This document shows, piece after piece, positions 12,868 to 27,800 of a stretch of DNA of 64,000 bases; positions within the stretch are counted from its first letter, which is position 1, and the number at the start of each line of letters is the position of its first letter. The stretch is from Phoronis australis. Its lineage: Eukaryota > Animalia > Phoronida. A program made the translations under genes and the position numbers. Under the pieces are notes generated by a model. It was not told the DNA's origin, did no database searches, and saw only the letters and a program-made list of their open reading frames with translations. Location of the stretch: contig NMRA01000013.1 of assembly GCA_002633005.1 (NCBI GenBank), positions 106,033-170,032 on the forward strand, written 5' to 3'.

Positions 12868-15800
12868 CTATAAATAGGTCAAGTTGTCTGTGACAAAACC
12901 GTCTGACAAGACTCTGGCTGCTCTCTTTACCGCCAGAACAATACGCCACACTTCTTTCACCAGAATGTCAGTGTTGTTATTTCGCAGGGCATCTTGTACC
13001 CCGGGGAACACTTCAGCCTTGTACGCGTTGTCAGCACTTGGTCCAACCAAAAGATTTCTGAAAGACAATTATTATACATTTATGACTAATATGCCAGTAA
13101 GTAACATGTTTATCTCACAATGTTGAATACTTAACCAAAGTGCATGGGGGGGGGTGGTTGAACAAAATCAGTTAAAAGCATTCTGCTCAAAAGAGCAAAG
13201 TTATAGTTATTAAAAGTTACAACGAGCACTGCTTCTAACAGGACTATTACCCTTGGACATCCCATATCACACAATGGCCAGTATCGGTTGTTTTCATCAA
13301 TAAACCCACTTTTGCAAGGTATGAAGCAAGGTGGATTTTTTGTTTCACTTCTTTTGACACCACCATGGTAACCTGTAACTGCACAGCCAGAATTCTCCCA
13401 ACATTTATAAGACCGCATGCTGTTTTTTCAGTAGGTTCAGGGCTACCTACGCGAGGATCTGTGACAAGATGGTGATTTTATCTCAATTTCCTATTAAGTC
13501 TGATCCATGCAAGAGATCTTGTTGGGAAGTAAGGCAAGTTAATAGTTCTTATTGTGGTTGAAATAGACGTCATGGCCACTGAACTTAAACTGCTTCTGTT
13601 ATTCTTATCTTATCTCAATTTGAAGTAATCCAGTTTTGACCTGTAGAATCAGCCCTCAATATAGCTTCCAGAAATAAACTTTCTTTTAGTTAAAATGTTC
13701 CTAACAATCTAACTGTAGACGGAATGATTTTGGTTTTACCACTGATTCAAGTGCTACTGACCTATGGATGGTGTTCAAGACTTACTTCAAGTAGGGTCTA
13801 CTTGTTAAACCACGAGGACAGATGAATGCCCGGGACACTTTCATAATGCGGTCATTGTAGCTGCGCACTGTTGCATTGTGACTGAAATGCAAGAAATCAT
13901 GACAATGAAACTGTTACTTTGTGTCAACTAATTCCTTACTGACATCAAAGTTGCTTCAATTTCCACCAACTAAAGATGAACTAGATATGTTTTTATTTCT
14001 GACCTCATCAATACAGTCACTTTGCTGGTGCAGCCTGTTTAGGAGGCGTGCCTAAATTTGAATTTTATGGTGCACAAAGCTACATTTAGCCTTACACCAA
14101 ATTACCTCAGTCACTACTAAATTCATCTAATTGTACATATTAACTATTTTATTTATAAATCGTTTCAATCTAATTGTACACAGCTCTGTGTATTTTAATT
14201 CATGTAATTATTTCTGACTGGGCCCACTAACTTGAAAATCATGGTATTCAATAGAAGTGGTCACCAAGACTTTTAAAAAAACTCAAATTAATAGAAAACC
14301 TTGATTAAAGAGCATAACGCAGAAGGAATGGAAGGAAAGTTAAATACACCCGACTCTCAGCATAAACTATCTGACCCCTAGGCACGGATAAAGAAAGTGG
14401 CAATTTTGGTATTCCTCGATTGTCAAAATATGCCCAGAAATAAGGATCACATAAACACATTGTCAAAATACACAACATTATATAATCACATGTGTTTGTA
14501 AAGTAAGAGGAAAGAGCAGTTGGGTGTGAGCTTTTCTGAAAGTTGAGTACATACTTATGAAACATTACAATGTACTAATAAATGATCTCTGCCCTTGTTA
14601 ACAAACACGGATAGCTATAATTCGTTTTCACCATAATTGCAGTTGTTTTTCAAATGCATTGTGGGATGGTTGTCGATATCTGGAAACATCACAGATGACT
14701 AAGTGATATGTACACAATATGGCGGAAGGCAACACTTATATACATGAGTGCAGCAGCGGTGAAATCATGCGTCCATGGCAACAGGCTTTTTGGTTCAAGT
14801 ATGATAAAGAAACCATCATAGAAAATAAAATATTTAAAAGAAGCCACAAAATGCATAGAGAAAATGCATATTTTAAACAATTTTTTAAGTTTACTTAGTA
14901 AATTTATTGCGCCAACGATTCTCTAGGCACACAGCATCTGGTGACACAAAAGTTAAACTACACAGTCAACCTAACTGTACGCAAATTAAAATCAGGCTAC
15001 ATAACTTTAAGTTTTCTGTAAAGTTACTGGATGTTTGAAGCAAGTAACAGTATCACAATGCATTCGAAAAATGACAGCAGCACAGTAGATAAAATCTCCC
15101 GCATTCTGGCAGCAAAAAAGTCAATAGGTATATAGTCACGCTCTGTTTTCAAGTAAAGGCCCAAAGGTGAATATAAGGGTGAGTCTCAAAAAAACCTTGC
15201 GTGACAAGATCACTTACTTCGTTCTGTTGCGATCAAAGTTGAACTGATTCTGAAACTCATCTGACCGCTTTACGAAATCTTGCACGGCGTTGTCAACGAC
15301 GTCTGGAAAGGACAACACAATGCACATTTGCTTTTGACTAGATTGTCTAAGAAACAAGAAAAATAACGACTGCCGGAATTCAAAATGTGACTTTCGTTCA
15401 GTATAAAATATAATGACACTCATCTTTCCCAACAGTCCTATTCTGTGACAAAACAGCAACAATTACTACTTAAACTAAAAAACAACAAAAAAACAACACG
15501 GTCATTTTATTTGTTAAAACCAGTCCTTAATATATTAATGTCTCCAAAGCACCTAACTTGCTGCTATTATGGACGACAACTTAAAATTACACGAATCAAC
15601 AATTAACATAGTACTATATTGGAGAAAATACACATTGGAAAAAGCAACACATTGTCGTTACATTTAATCCTTTGCTTTACAGTTTTTAATGGATTCAAAT
15701 CTCAATGTATGGCTCTTGAAGGTGTCCTCTACCTGTTTCTAAACTAAAGCCATGATCTTAAAGCCACACACAGCAATCCCAAGGTCAAGAGAAAATAGGT

Positions 15801-18800
15801 AACTATAAGCTAGCAAAACAAGAGTGTGGCTGCCAGTCACATTGCAGAAGCAATAATTATTAAAGAACTCCATTACATTTCATATTGCTATAAGAAAATA
15901 TTAGGAGCAGTAATTTGCGGCATTTAAAAATCTAGTAATTTATGCAAAACACACAATTATAGATATGGCACACAGCAGCAGTCGGATCCATCCGAAAAAA
16001 TCGCCATCTGTTCTCAAGTTCACCTGAATATATTTGCCAAATTTTGCAAATATTCTACAAGCGGCCAAGGAGATACAGTAGATGCAAAAATGCAAGGAGA
16101 GGTACCACAATAGTCGGACCCTTCTGAAAACAAGCATCAGCCATGCTCTTGTCAGTAGGAACACATCTCTCACTTTTCATAATTATCCTCTAAGCAGTTT
16201 GATGGATATAGTGGCAGAATGGACACTAGCTGACCCACAATACATCAAATCTGCTGACACCTAAAAACGACTCGAAAACAGTAAAAACAGCCACTAGATG
16301 GCGCACAATGCCTCGAATCCACCCAAAAACAAGAGGGTAGCATCAAGTCATTAAAAGATTCCTATGTGCCAAATTTCACAAAAATCGGTTGAGGACCTTT
16401 GTAGATACAGATGCAAATGTAAAAAACTAAAATTGCCACTAGGGGGCACAGTGGTATTCGGGTCGGTCCAAATCTCGTCGCCCTCAGTCGTCAACCCCAT
16501 AGGAACACACTTGCCAAATTTCAATAAGATCCTGCAAGGGGTTTAGGAGATACAGCCGAGGATGCCGGACAGCCGAACGCCCAGACAATGACAGCAATGT
16601 GCAACCACATATAAATATGTGGGCGCATAAAAATCTATCAAAAAACTCCAAAAATACTAATGCAAATGTTTGAAAGGTTGAGGTTCATGTTTTTTGGATT
16701 GGTTAGCTGATTTGAAGGAGCGGGAGCCTGTTTTCGACTCCGGGATACCTCTTTTACACCGGGGTTCCTGTTTCGAGGGAACATCCTGTTTACAGGAACA
16801 CATCCATCAATGGAGCTTCATTAAGCTCCCACAAGGGGTTTAGGAGATAAAATAACGCACGCCCAGACAGAGATGATTGCAATATGCACACACACAGTCA
16901 TGTTCATAAGGAAACATAAAAATGGTCTTGAAATCTGAAGCATAATAAGTTTCAGCAACCCACCATACAGTTTATCTAGCAAAGGGCGTTTTTGCTTCAG
17001 TAAACGGAGACCAATATTCAGAGCTTTAATTGTGTCATCCTCCACTAGGGGTAGCTGTTCCTCTGTCGACAGTCGCAGTATCACAGATGTGTACAACCCA
17101 GCCAGGTGGGCGTGCAAGTCAAAATCTTTGTCTATGAAGTTCTTGACATATCTATACGTATCAATGGCGGTATTGTAGGAAGGATAAATGTAACGGCCCC
17201 AGTGCTGCAACAGGAATTAAAGTTGCTTTTAACAATTATTTTTTTCCACAGCAATACACCAATGATTACTAAAACCTCAGTGTTTGATTTCAACTCCAGG
17301 TGACAATGGTTTCCAAATTGAGGCTAGCTCAGATATCAATCTTGTTCATTGTTAATCGTTTCCCTGCTCTTCTGTCTGGCATCATGACTCACATGCCTAT
17401 TATCTACCAAAGTTCAAAGAGTTACCATTCATTAACCAGAGAACCAAAATCTAACATGTCTACTTTGGCTAACTTCTAAATGTACTCTTTGGTTAAAAAA
17501 TTAACAGGATACCAAACCTGGTCTTGGTACATTAACAGGATATTAAAAACGACTTTTCCATGCAATTCCCTGAAACAAACTAATGCTCTATAAACCTCAA
17601 CAACCCTCAAAAGTTTGGAGGGANACACTTCTTTCACCAGAATGTCAGTGTTGTTATTTCGCAGGGCATCTTGTACCCCGGGGAACACTTCAGCCTTGTA
17701 TGCATTGTCAGCACTTGGTCCAACCAAAAGATTTCTGAAAGACAATTATTATACATTTATGACTAATATGCCAGTAACATGTTTATCTCACAATGTTGAA
17801 TACTTAACCAAAGTGCATGGGGGGTTAAACAAAATCAGTTAAAAGCATTCTGCTCAAAATAGCAAAGTTATAGTTATTAAAAGTTACAACGAGCACTGCT
17901 TCTAACAGGACTATTACCCTTGGACATCCCATTTCACACAATGGCCAGTATCGGTTGTTTTCATTAATAAACAAACTTTTGCAAGGTAAGAAGCAAGGTG
18001 GATTTTAGTTTTACTTCTTTTGACACCACCATGGTAACCTGTAATTGCACAGCAAGAATTCTCCCAATGTTAATAAGACAGCATGCTGCTTTTTCAGGTT
18101 CAGGGCTACCTACGCGAGGTTCAGCGAAAAGATGGTGATTTTATCTCAATTTCCTATTAAGTCTGATCCATGCAAGAGATCTTGTTGGGAAGTAAGGCAA
18201 GTTAATAGTTCTTATTGTGGTTGAAATGGACGTCATGGCCACTGGACTGCTTCTGTTATTCTTATCTTATCTCCAGTTTTGACCTGTTGAATCAGCCCTT
18301 AATATAGCTTCCAACAAATAAACTTTCTTTTCGTTAAAATGTTCCTAACAATCTAATTGTAGCCGGAGTGATTTCGGTTGTACCACTGATTCAAGTGCTA
18401 CGGACCTATGGATGGTGTCCATAACTTACTTCAAGTAGGGTCTACTTGTTAAACCACGAGGACAGATGAATGCCCGGGATACTTTCATAATGCGGTCATT
18501 GTAGCTGCGCACTGTTGCACTGTGACTGAAATGCAAGAAATCACGACAATGAAACTGCTACTTTGTGTCAGCTAATTTTTTACTGACTTCAAAGTTGCTT
18601 CAATTTCCACCAACTAGAGATGAACTAGATATGTTTCTATTTCTGACCTCATCAATACACTTTGCTGGTGCAGCCTGATTAGCAGGCGTGCCTTTCTTTT
18701 GAATTTCATGGTGTACAAAGCTACATTTAGCCTTACACCAAATTACCTCAGTCACCACTAAATTCAAAGCAGTCAGAGATTCTCCCCATTACAATTTATA

Positions 18801-21800
18801 CTAAAGCAAGTGTTTCTGGCTGCCTGGTGCCAGATTTACCAATTAAGAACAACTGCAGCAAAAGAACTTTTGTTAACAGAAATACTGTCACTTACGAGTT
18901 GGAGACTGTCGTCGCAAACGTGCCCAATGTCCACCTCTTCAAACAGAAATATTGGGAATTTGTTTGCATTTCAGGACTGTAGGCCTCAGCTCATCATTAT
19001 TTTACTTTATTTTATCTTTTTATTCATCTAATTGTACAAATTAAATACTTTATTTATAAATCGTTTCAATCTAGTAGTACACGGCTCTGTATATTTTACT
19101 TCATGTAATTATTTCCGATTGGGCCCAGATTGGGCCCACTTGAAAATCACTGTATTCACTAAAAGTGGTCACCAAGACTTTTAAAGAAGTTTAAATTAAT
19201 AGAAAACCTTCTAAGTCAGAAGGAGTGGAAGGAAAGTTAAATACACCCGACTGTCAGCATAAACTATCTGACCCTTATGCACATATAAAGAAACTGGCAA
19301 TTTTGGTATTCTTTGATAGTCAAAATATGCCCGGAAAGAAGGATCACATAAACACAATGCACAACATTATATAATCACGTGTTTGTAAAGTAAGAGGAAA
19401 GAACTGTTGGGTGTGAGCTTTTCTGAAGGTTGAGTACATACTTACTTACAAATCATTACAATGTAATAATGATCTCTGCCCTTTTTAACAAACACTAAAT
19501 ATAGTTATATTTCATTTTCACCATAATTGCAGTTGTTTTTCAAATGCATTGTGGGATGGTTGTCGACATCCGTAAACATCACAGATGACTAAGTGATATG
19601 TACACAATATGGCGGAAGGCAACACTTGTATACATGAGTGCAGCAGCGGTGAAATCATGCATCCATGGCAACAGGCTTTTTGGTTCAAGTATGATGAAGA
19701 AACCATCATAGAGCATAAAATATTTAAAAGAAGCCTCAAAATGTATACAGAAAATGCATATTTTAAACGATTTGGTAAATCTATTGCACCAACGATTCTC
19801 GAGGCACATAGTATCTGGTGACACAAAAGTTAAACTTCACAGTCAACCTAACTGTACGCAAATTAAAATCAGGCTACATAACTTTAAGTTTTCTGTGATG
19901 TTACTGGATGTTTGAAGCCAGTAACAGTATCACAATGCATTCGAAAAATGACAGCAGCAAAGCAGATGAAATCTCCCGAATTCTGGCAGCAAAAGTCAAT
20001 GAGTATATAGTCACGGTCTGTTTTCAAGTAAAGGCCAAAAGTAGAACACAAGGGCAAGTCTCAAAAAAACCTTGCGTGACAAGATCACTTACTTTGTTCT
20101 GTTGCGATCAAAGTTGAACTGATTCTGAAACTCATCTGACCGCTTCACGAAATCTTGCACGGCATTTTGAACGACGTCTGGAAAGGACAACAGAATGTAC
20201 ATTTGCTTTTGACTAGATTGTCAAAGAAACAAGAAAAATATTACAATTATAGCAACGACTACCGGATTTCAAAATGTGACTTTCTTTCATATAAAATATA
20301 ATGACACTCATCTGTCCCAACAGTCCTATTCTGTGACAAAACAGCAACAATTACTACTTAAACTAAAAAACGATAAAAAACAACACAGTCATTTTATTTG
20401 TTAAAACCAGTCCTTATAATAATGTCTCCAAAGCACCTAACTTGCTGCTATTATGGACGACAACTTAAAATTACACGAATTACTTAATCAACAATTAACA
20501 TAGTACAATATTGGAGAAAATACACATTGGAAAAAGCAACACATTGTTGTTACATTTAGTCCAGCCTTTGCTTTACAGTTTTTAATGGATTCAAATCTCA
20601 ATGTATGGCTCTTGAAGGTGTCCTCAACCTGTTTCGAAACTAAAGCCATGATCTTAAACCACACACAGCAATCCCAAGGTCAAGAGAAAATAGGTAACTA
20701 TAAGCTAGCAAAACAAGAATGTGGCTGCCAGTCACATTGCAGAAGCAATTAAAGAACTCCATTACATTTCATATTGCTATAAGAAAATATTAGGAGCAGT
20801 AATTTGCGGCATTTAAAAATCTAGTATTTTATGCAAAACACGAGATTATAGATATGGCACTATGACGCACAGCAGCAGTCGGATCCATCCGAAAAAATCG
20901 CCATCTGTTCTCAAGTTCACATAAATATATTTGCCAAATTTTGCAAATATTCTACAAGGGGCCAAGGAGATACAGTAGATGCAAAAATGCAAGGAGATGG
21001 TGCCACAATAGTCGGACCCTTCTGAAAACAAGCATCAGCCATGCTCTTGTCAGTAGGAACACATCTCTCACTTTTCATAATGATCCTCTAAGCAGTTTGA
21101 TGGACATAGTGGCAGAATGGACACTAGCTGACCCACAATACATCAAATCTGCCGACGCCTAAAAACGACTCGAAAACAGTAAAAACGGCCACTAGATGGC
21201 GCAAAATGCCTCGAATCCACCCGAAAACAAGAGGGTAGCATCAACTCATTAAAAGATTCCTATGTGCCAAATTTCACAAAAATCGGTTGAGGACCTTTGA
21301 AGATACAGATGCAAACGTAAAAAACTAAAATTGCCACTAGGGGCACAGTGGTATTCGGGTCGGTCCAAAACTCGTCGCCCTGTCGTTAACCCCATAGGAA
21401 CACATTTGCCAAATTTCAATAAGATCCTGCAAGGGGTTTAGGAGATACAGACGCGGACGCCCAGACAGAGATGACGGCAATGTGCGACCACATATAAATA
21501 TGTGGGCGCATAAAAATCTATCAAAAAAATCCAAAAATACTGAAGCAAATGTTTGAAAGGTTGAGGTTCATGTTTTTTGGATTGGTTAGCTGATTTAAAG
21601 TCCTTGTCTCACGCGTTGTTAACCCTTATTACATGGTTAGAAGATGTTATAAGGATCCAAGAAGTACCTACCCCATAACTAATACACGATCCGTACTCGA
21701 AATCAGTTTAAATGAATGCGCCACTCACGATTCGCACCCGAAGAAACACCGCCATTTTGAACTTGCCGCGAACCCGGAAGTACAATTCATTCAGGAACCC

Positions 21801-24800
21801 AGGCCGAGAAAACGCCGTCAGTGCGACTGGAGCAGTGCCTGTGCTGTTACCAGCAAGCAAACGGGGATAAAAAAATCGACAGCGCGCCTTAATTTTGATA
21901 AAATCAAACTACGGACAATTTTATGGAATTTGCTGAAGAAATGTGGCGAATAAATTTTGACAGAAATTATTTTGCCAGTCTCGGGACCGCAGCCTATCGG
22001 ACCCGGTGCAGATCGACCAGACACTGGCGAACGGTAAATGCATGCGGTTGCAAGCTGTTTTGTCGAAGTAAAATGGTCAAATGATAAATGCTGCATATAT
22101 TCAAAGGTAGTTTCAGACACTTGCATGAAATTACGGGCTGGTTAGTCCTGTGTCACACTGCTGGCCACAAACACAAAAAACACGAAAATTGAACAAAGTT
22201 TCTTTTTTGTAGCAACGTTTGTCAAAATGTATCAACGTTAAATCTTCACAAATTACAAAGTAGCCGATTAAACATGCCTTTCAGTTCAGCAAAAGTCGAC
22301 ATTGCAGGTGCAGCCAGAAATGAGACGATCGAAGCCCAACGGGAATTGTGAGCACATTTATCACTTAATGAGTAACAACTGCGAGGCTGAAATTTGGTGA
22401 ACACTGCTAAATCGTGCAGAATAGTAAGTAAAGATATGTCTAACTAAATTTTACCGTAATTTGTTGGCGAAAACAATTTACACAAAGTTTTAAACTCGTA
22501 ACTCATCCCGCTGTCCTCCAATATGGCCGACGCGATCCAAAGTGACCCAAATTTCGCCACAAAACTTGCAATAACTTTACAGTGCTTGCCCCGATTTTGA
22601 TACTTTTTCGATTTTTACTGAGTAGAATGTACTACCTTTCCGATGATAGCAAAGTACTTTTTCAAAACGAGGAAAAAAATAAAACCGAAAAAAAATTGGT
22701 TCGACCCATATTGGTTCCTAGGTTCGACCCGCCTACGTAAGGAACTAAACACCAATGCTATTTTAACATACTAAGTACGCGTAACATTCCAAAAAAATCA
22801 ACGACCACTAACTACAAACTATAAATACACTACATATGCAAACGAATCACGATATATTACTAATAAAACAAAATAATGAAGACTTTTCGAGCAAGCCATC
22901 GCACATTCAGTTACAAGGAAAAAATGGCGGCGTTCAGGACAAGTTCCTGAACTGATGAGCCGGAAATGTGGGTACGGAAATAACCGATGACAACCGGTAA
23001 TCATACGCTCAGAGAGAAGGGTGAAATACTGTTACAAAATCGCTTTTGGCAAGAAAGGCGAAAAGAATATAAAGAGAGGGTGTCGAAAATAAGAATTTAT
23101 GTAGTAAGTATTTTCGGATACTGGAACCACATGGGCAGTTTGCAACAAGGACTTTAAATAAGCGGGAGCCTGTTTTCGACTCCGGAATACCTCTTTTACA
23201 CCGGGGTTCCTGTTTCGAGGGAACATCCTGTTTATAAGAACACATCCATCAATGGAGCTTCATTAAGCTCCAACAAGGGGTTTAGGAGATACAATAATGC
23301 ACGCCCAGACAGAGATGATTGCAATATGCACACACACACGTTCATAAGGAAACATAAAAATGGTCTTGAAATCTGAAGCCCAATAAGTTTCAGCAACCCA
23401 CCATACAGTTTATCTAGCAAAGGGCGTTTTTGCTTCAGTAAACGGAGACCAATATTCAGAGCTTCAATTGTGTCATCCTCCACTAGGGGTAGCTGTTCCT
23501 CTGTTGACAGTCGCAGTATCACAGATGTGTACAACCCAGCCAGGTGGGCGTGCAAGTCAAAATCTTTGTCTATGAAGTTCTTGACATATCTATACGTATC
23601 AATAGCGGTATTGTAGGAAGGATAAATGTAACGGCCCCAGTGCTGCAACAGGAATTAAAGTTGCTTTTAACAAATTTTTTTTCCACAGCAATACACCAAT
23701 GATTACTAAAACCTCAGTGTTTGATTTCAACTCCAGGTGACAGCGGTTTCCAAATTGAGGCTAGCCCAGATATCAATCTTGTTCATTGATAATCGTTTCC
23801 CTGCTCTTCTGTCTGGCATCATGACTCACATGCCTATTATCTATCAAAGTTCAAAGAGTTACCATTCATTAACAAGAGAACCAAAATCTAACATGTCTAC
23901 TTTGGCTGATTTCTAAATGTACTCTTTGGTTAAAAAATTAACAGGATACCAAACCTGGTCTTGGTACTTTAACAGGATATTAAAAACGACTTTTCCATGC
24001 AATTCTCTGAAACAAACTAATGCTCTATAAACCTCAACAACCCTCAAAAGTTTGGAGGGATATTTGAAACTTCTTTCTGAGTCTGATTAGCGGGCCAGCA
24101 TGACCTACGCTTTAAGCGAACATCAGAGTAACTGCGAGGAAAGACCCCCCACCAAGAGCCACGATAATATCCAATCTGTAACATATCGAGTATGAGTTTT
24201 TAATTGATTCCTGTCTTTATCTTTCGAGATTGACGCCAATGATACATTAACAAGTGACAGGATAAGGATAGCTTGAAATCATCAAAACAGGGTTTGGCAT
24301 CCTTTTAACTTTTGAGGAGGAATTCATTTTCAGACGCCAAACAGTTAATTTGAGTCCACAAAGCATCAATTTCTTTCAGCCAATGTTCTATTACCATGAT
24401 GACATTGCTAATGTGGTAATTGCTCAACTACGCACAATAAGGCCTTTGATCACATTCTCTCTTGACCACAGCTGGAAGTGGACAGATCTATTGACAAGGT
24501 ATAAGGTGCTGTGAAACGTACAGGGCTTCTAATACTGTTACTTCAAGCGTTGATTTTTGAGCAATATCCCGTTAGTACCATTTTAACTAGACAGTGACCA
24601 CTGTCTCTAGTTGAACTACAAAAAGTGTAGCTCCTATAGGAGCTTCATATTCCAGAAGCTTTTCTGCAAATTATGCCTCATACTGACTAAATATGAAAGT
24701 CACGTTGACAATGTTATAAATACATTTTGCCCATAGAGGTAACTTTAAGAGCCCATCGACGTTTTTATTGCTTTCCAACTCCAAAAACACTCTCATTATC

Positions 24801-27800
24801 AAACTTTTTCTTCGAGCATTTCCTTGTTCAATTCCCAAAATCGATAACTGGCTATATTTACACTGAACATGTCAGGGGATATGACTGCTGCGCACGGTGT
24901 TAAAAATGGCGAGTCTCTAATTTTGGGAAATAAACGAAGGACTGCTCAAAGAAAAAGTTTGAAAAGCAGAATATTTGTTGGAGTTGTGAGGAATTAAAGA
25001 CATCGACGGTCTTCTAAGGCATCCCTCTATGCGCAGAGGGTATTTACAACAACGTAACTTTTATGTTTTAGTCATTGTGAGGCATAATTAACCAAAAAGC
25101 TTCCGAAGTATGAAGCAATATAGGAGCTACACAGTCTGTAGTTCAACTAGACGGTGGTCACTGTCTACCTATAAACAAGTATGCAAAATATTTTACCTAG
25201 ACATATGGACTCATGAAAGAGTTCAGAATTGCAAAAAAATAAGAAATGTCTAAACCTTTGGAGCACGGAGATAATTTTGAAATTATTATAATCACTTTTT
25301 CAGGACCTTGAATCAAACCAAGATTTTGACATATTTTCCACATTCCAGGTATCTGCGAACATTTGTTAGTAAGGATCACATTTCTTTAAAATTGTTAAAA
25401 CCATGAAAGAATTTTGTCTCAAAAATCTTGATGATCACAGCAACATATAATGCGTACAAAAAACACTGGCCAACTGTTTCAAGTCGTGACCAGAGTTTTT
25501 TCTGAGGAACCATGAATCGGTAATTTCCACAAATGCGAAAATCTTTGGACAAAATTCAGTATTTAAAGTCCTAGCTATCAAAGTGTGTCCATAATATGTT
25601 TATAAGACACCGTTAAGCCACTACCAAATTTTTAACACAATTTGTATTAATTTTTCATTTTGGCATCCGACTTTTCGACCTAATCCCAGATACGCTTTTG
25701 ACTATAATTATAGTTAAAAAAACAGAATTACGAAAATTCAGGAAAAATTGTTTTAAAAAGTTATGCGAAATTTACAATGAAAATGAAGTCATGTGCTAAG
25801 AAAAAGCACAGCAATGCACTCTTTTAATGTGCAAAATATGTTTCTGTGACCATCATTGGCTGAAAATAATTTTTTTAAGAGATATTAAAAATGTGAAAAT
25901 GTGGTCCTGTGTGAGGGATGTAGGGATTTACTTTACATGTTTAAATATGATTGTATGAACGTAAACTTACTACATCTGAAAACTGTGATGTGTAGGTCAT
26001 GTCTAGGGAAGGTATACCGAGCTGATGAATGAAATTGGTGAAGTCTCCACCAGCCCCCATACGAGGAATCCTGAAACAGGAGATGACAAGTTCTAAACTG
26101 TCAGTGTTTCACATCACAAAATATTCTAAGTTATATCTGGCAGATGCAGCCTGACTAAGATAACTTAGTAAAGCAAAACAGTAAAACAGTACAGTGACTG
26201 TCTGACTTCCTTGTGTATGCAATAATTACAATGACATTGAAAGTACTTTACAAGCTTAGTACTTCAACTGTAACTTGGTTTCGCTCAACTTAGCTAGCCA
26301 TTATGTGCGGCACCACTAAAAACTCAAACACTGACAATAAAATTTTAAAAAATCAGTCGGAGTACTAAATTCCCCTTTACTTCGAAAAAATATTTTACTT
26401 CATGTCAAAATAGCAACGTTTTGGAATCAGTTTTAACCAACTTGTCTGCAAAAAAAATTGTTTCACAAAATTCTAAACTACAATGAACCCTAGAGTAGTC
26501 CATTCCATCTGGTGTCCGATAATGGAACAAGTGCTTACTACAATGACCCAGCATGACAAGCAAACTTAGTGACTGTCATCTCGAGCACTCACTGTCCAGC
26601 GAAACATCAGCTCCTCCTAAACAAAAAACCCTTTTAACCCATTGAAAATGAGACAAATTATAAGTTATCTAAAATGTTAAAAGTTAGCTATAAGCCAAAC
26701 TTCATACTCTGGTGTGTCTTTGTTGATCTTAGAAGGAGCTGTCTGGTTCCAAAAAGAGTAAAGAGTTTTGTGATTTTTGAAAGGACTTGTTGTGTTCTTG
26801 ACTGTGTCGTACACCAACTGTCTGAGCATCAAGTCAGACTCGGCGCTGAATGAGTTATTTCCTGTAATGGAAACAAAATACTTTTTAAGACACTTTAAAC
26901 ATCCACTCTTTGTTTTTTTTATCAGCACAACTTTGTGATGCTAAAATCTCAGTCACTAATTTTGGATTCCAAAATTTGGCGTACTTTATTCTTCAAAGAC
27001 TTCTTAGGTTGTTGTGGGGATGACTGCCATTTCTTGATAGTAGCTATGTTATATAACTTCAAAATGACAAAAATAGCAGTTATAGACAGTACATATTATA
27101 TGATTTAACTAAAATTTCCCTTGCCCTCTATAATGTGTCCTAATTTGACGAAGCTTCATAGCTGTCATCATTTCAAATGATTCCTAAAAGATTGAGCCAA
27201 CAAATAACCTGAGAAGATATCAAGGACTGCTTCTGCGTTCAGATCAGATGAAGCAAACCAAAGCTATCCTAAATTAAGAGATGGCAGTTTTGACTTGACT
27301 TAATTATTACACTTTGAATTATATGACTGTATCCAGGGATTATGGGCTAAACTGCAAGCATCCATGCAATAAATAAACACATCAAAACAATCAGGCACAC
27401 GACAACAAGAAGTTAGTAGATCATGTAATTTTATTTTGTACGGGAACCTTCCATATTTACTATAATTGCGTTTTTATTGTTAAATTCAGAGTAGAAAATA
27501 ACTTGATGTGACGAAGTACTTTTAATAAACTTACAAATGCTAGATTTTTTCGATTTATTTTACACTGATGTGTTTTGAGTCAATGGAGATGTTTAAAATC
27601 TCTCTGCCTACAACTTACCAGAAAGGCCTATATCCAGACATATAAATGCCACACCCCTTTCTGACAGTTCCTTTTCATACTCCTACAAAATCACACAGCA
27701 ATGCATGATAACCACATATTAAATAAAACAAAGTATGTTCATTAAAACAGGAGTGCGTTCACAGTTAGTAAAACTGAAATGCATTTATTAAGAAAAGGTT

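Noticed and set aside
21633-21953. ORF starting MVRRC inside the TTAA element as a THAP/transposase
   Set aside because: Lacks the second Cys, the W and the CxxHF motif; cannot be supported.
12948-24060. Mutually exclusive duplicated-exon splicing system
   Set aside because: The junction coincides with an N and truncates an exon, so uncollapsed alleles are the simpler explanation; kept only as a testable alternative.
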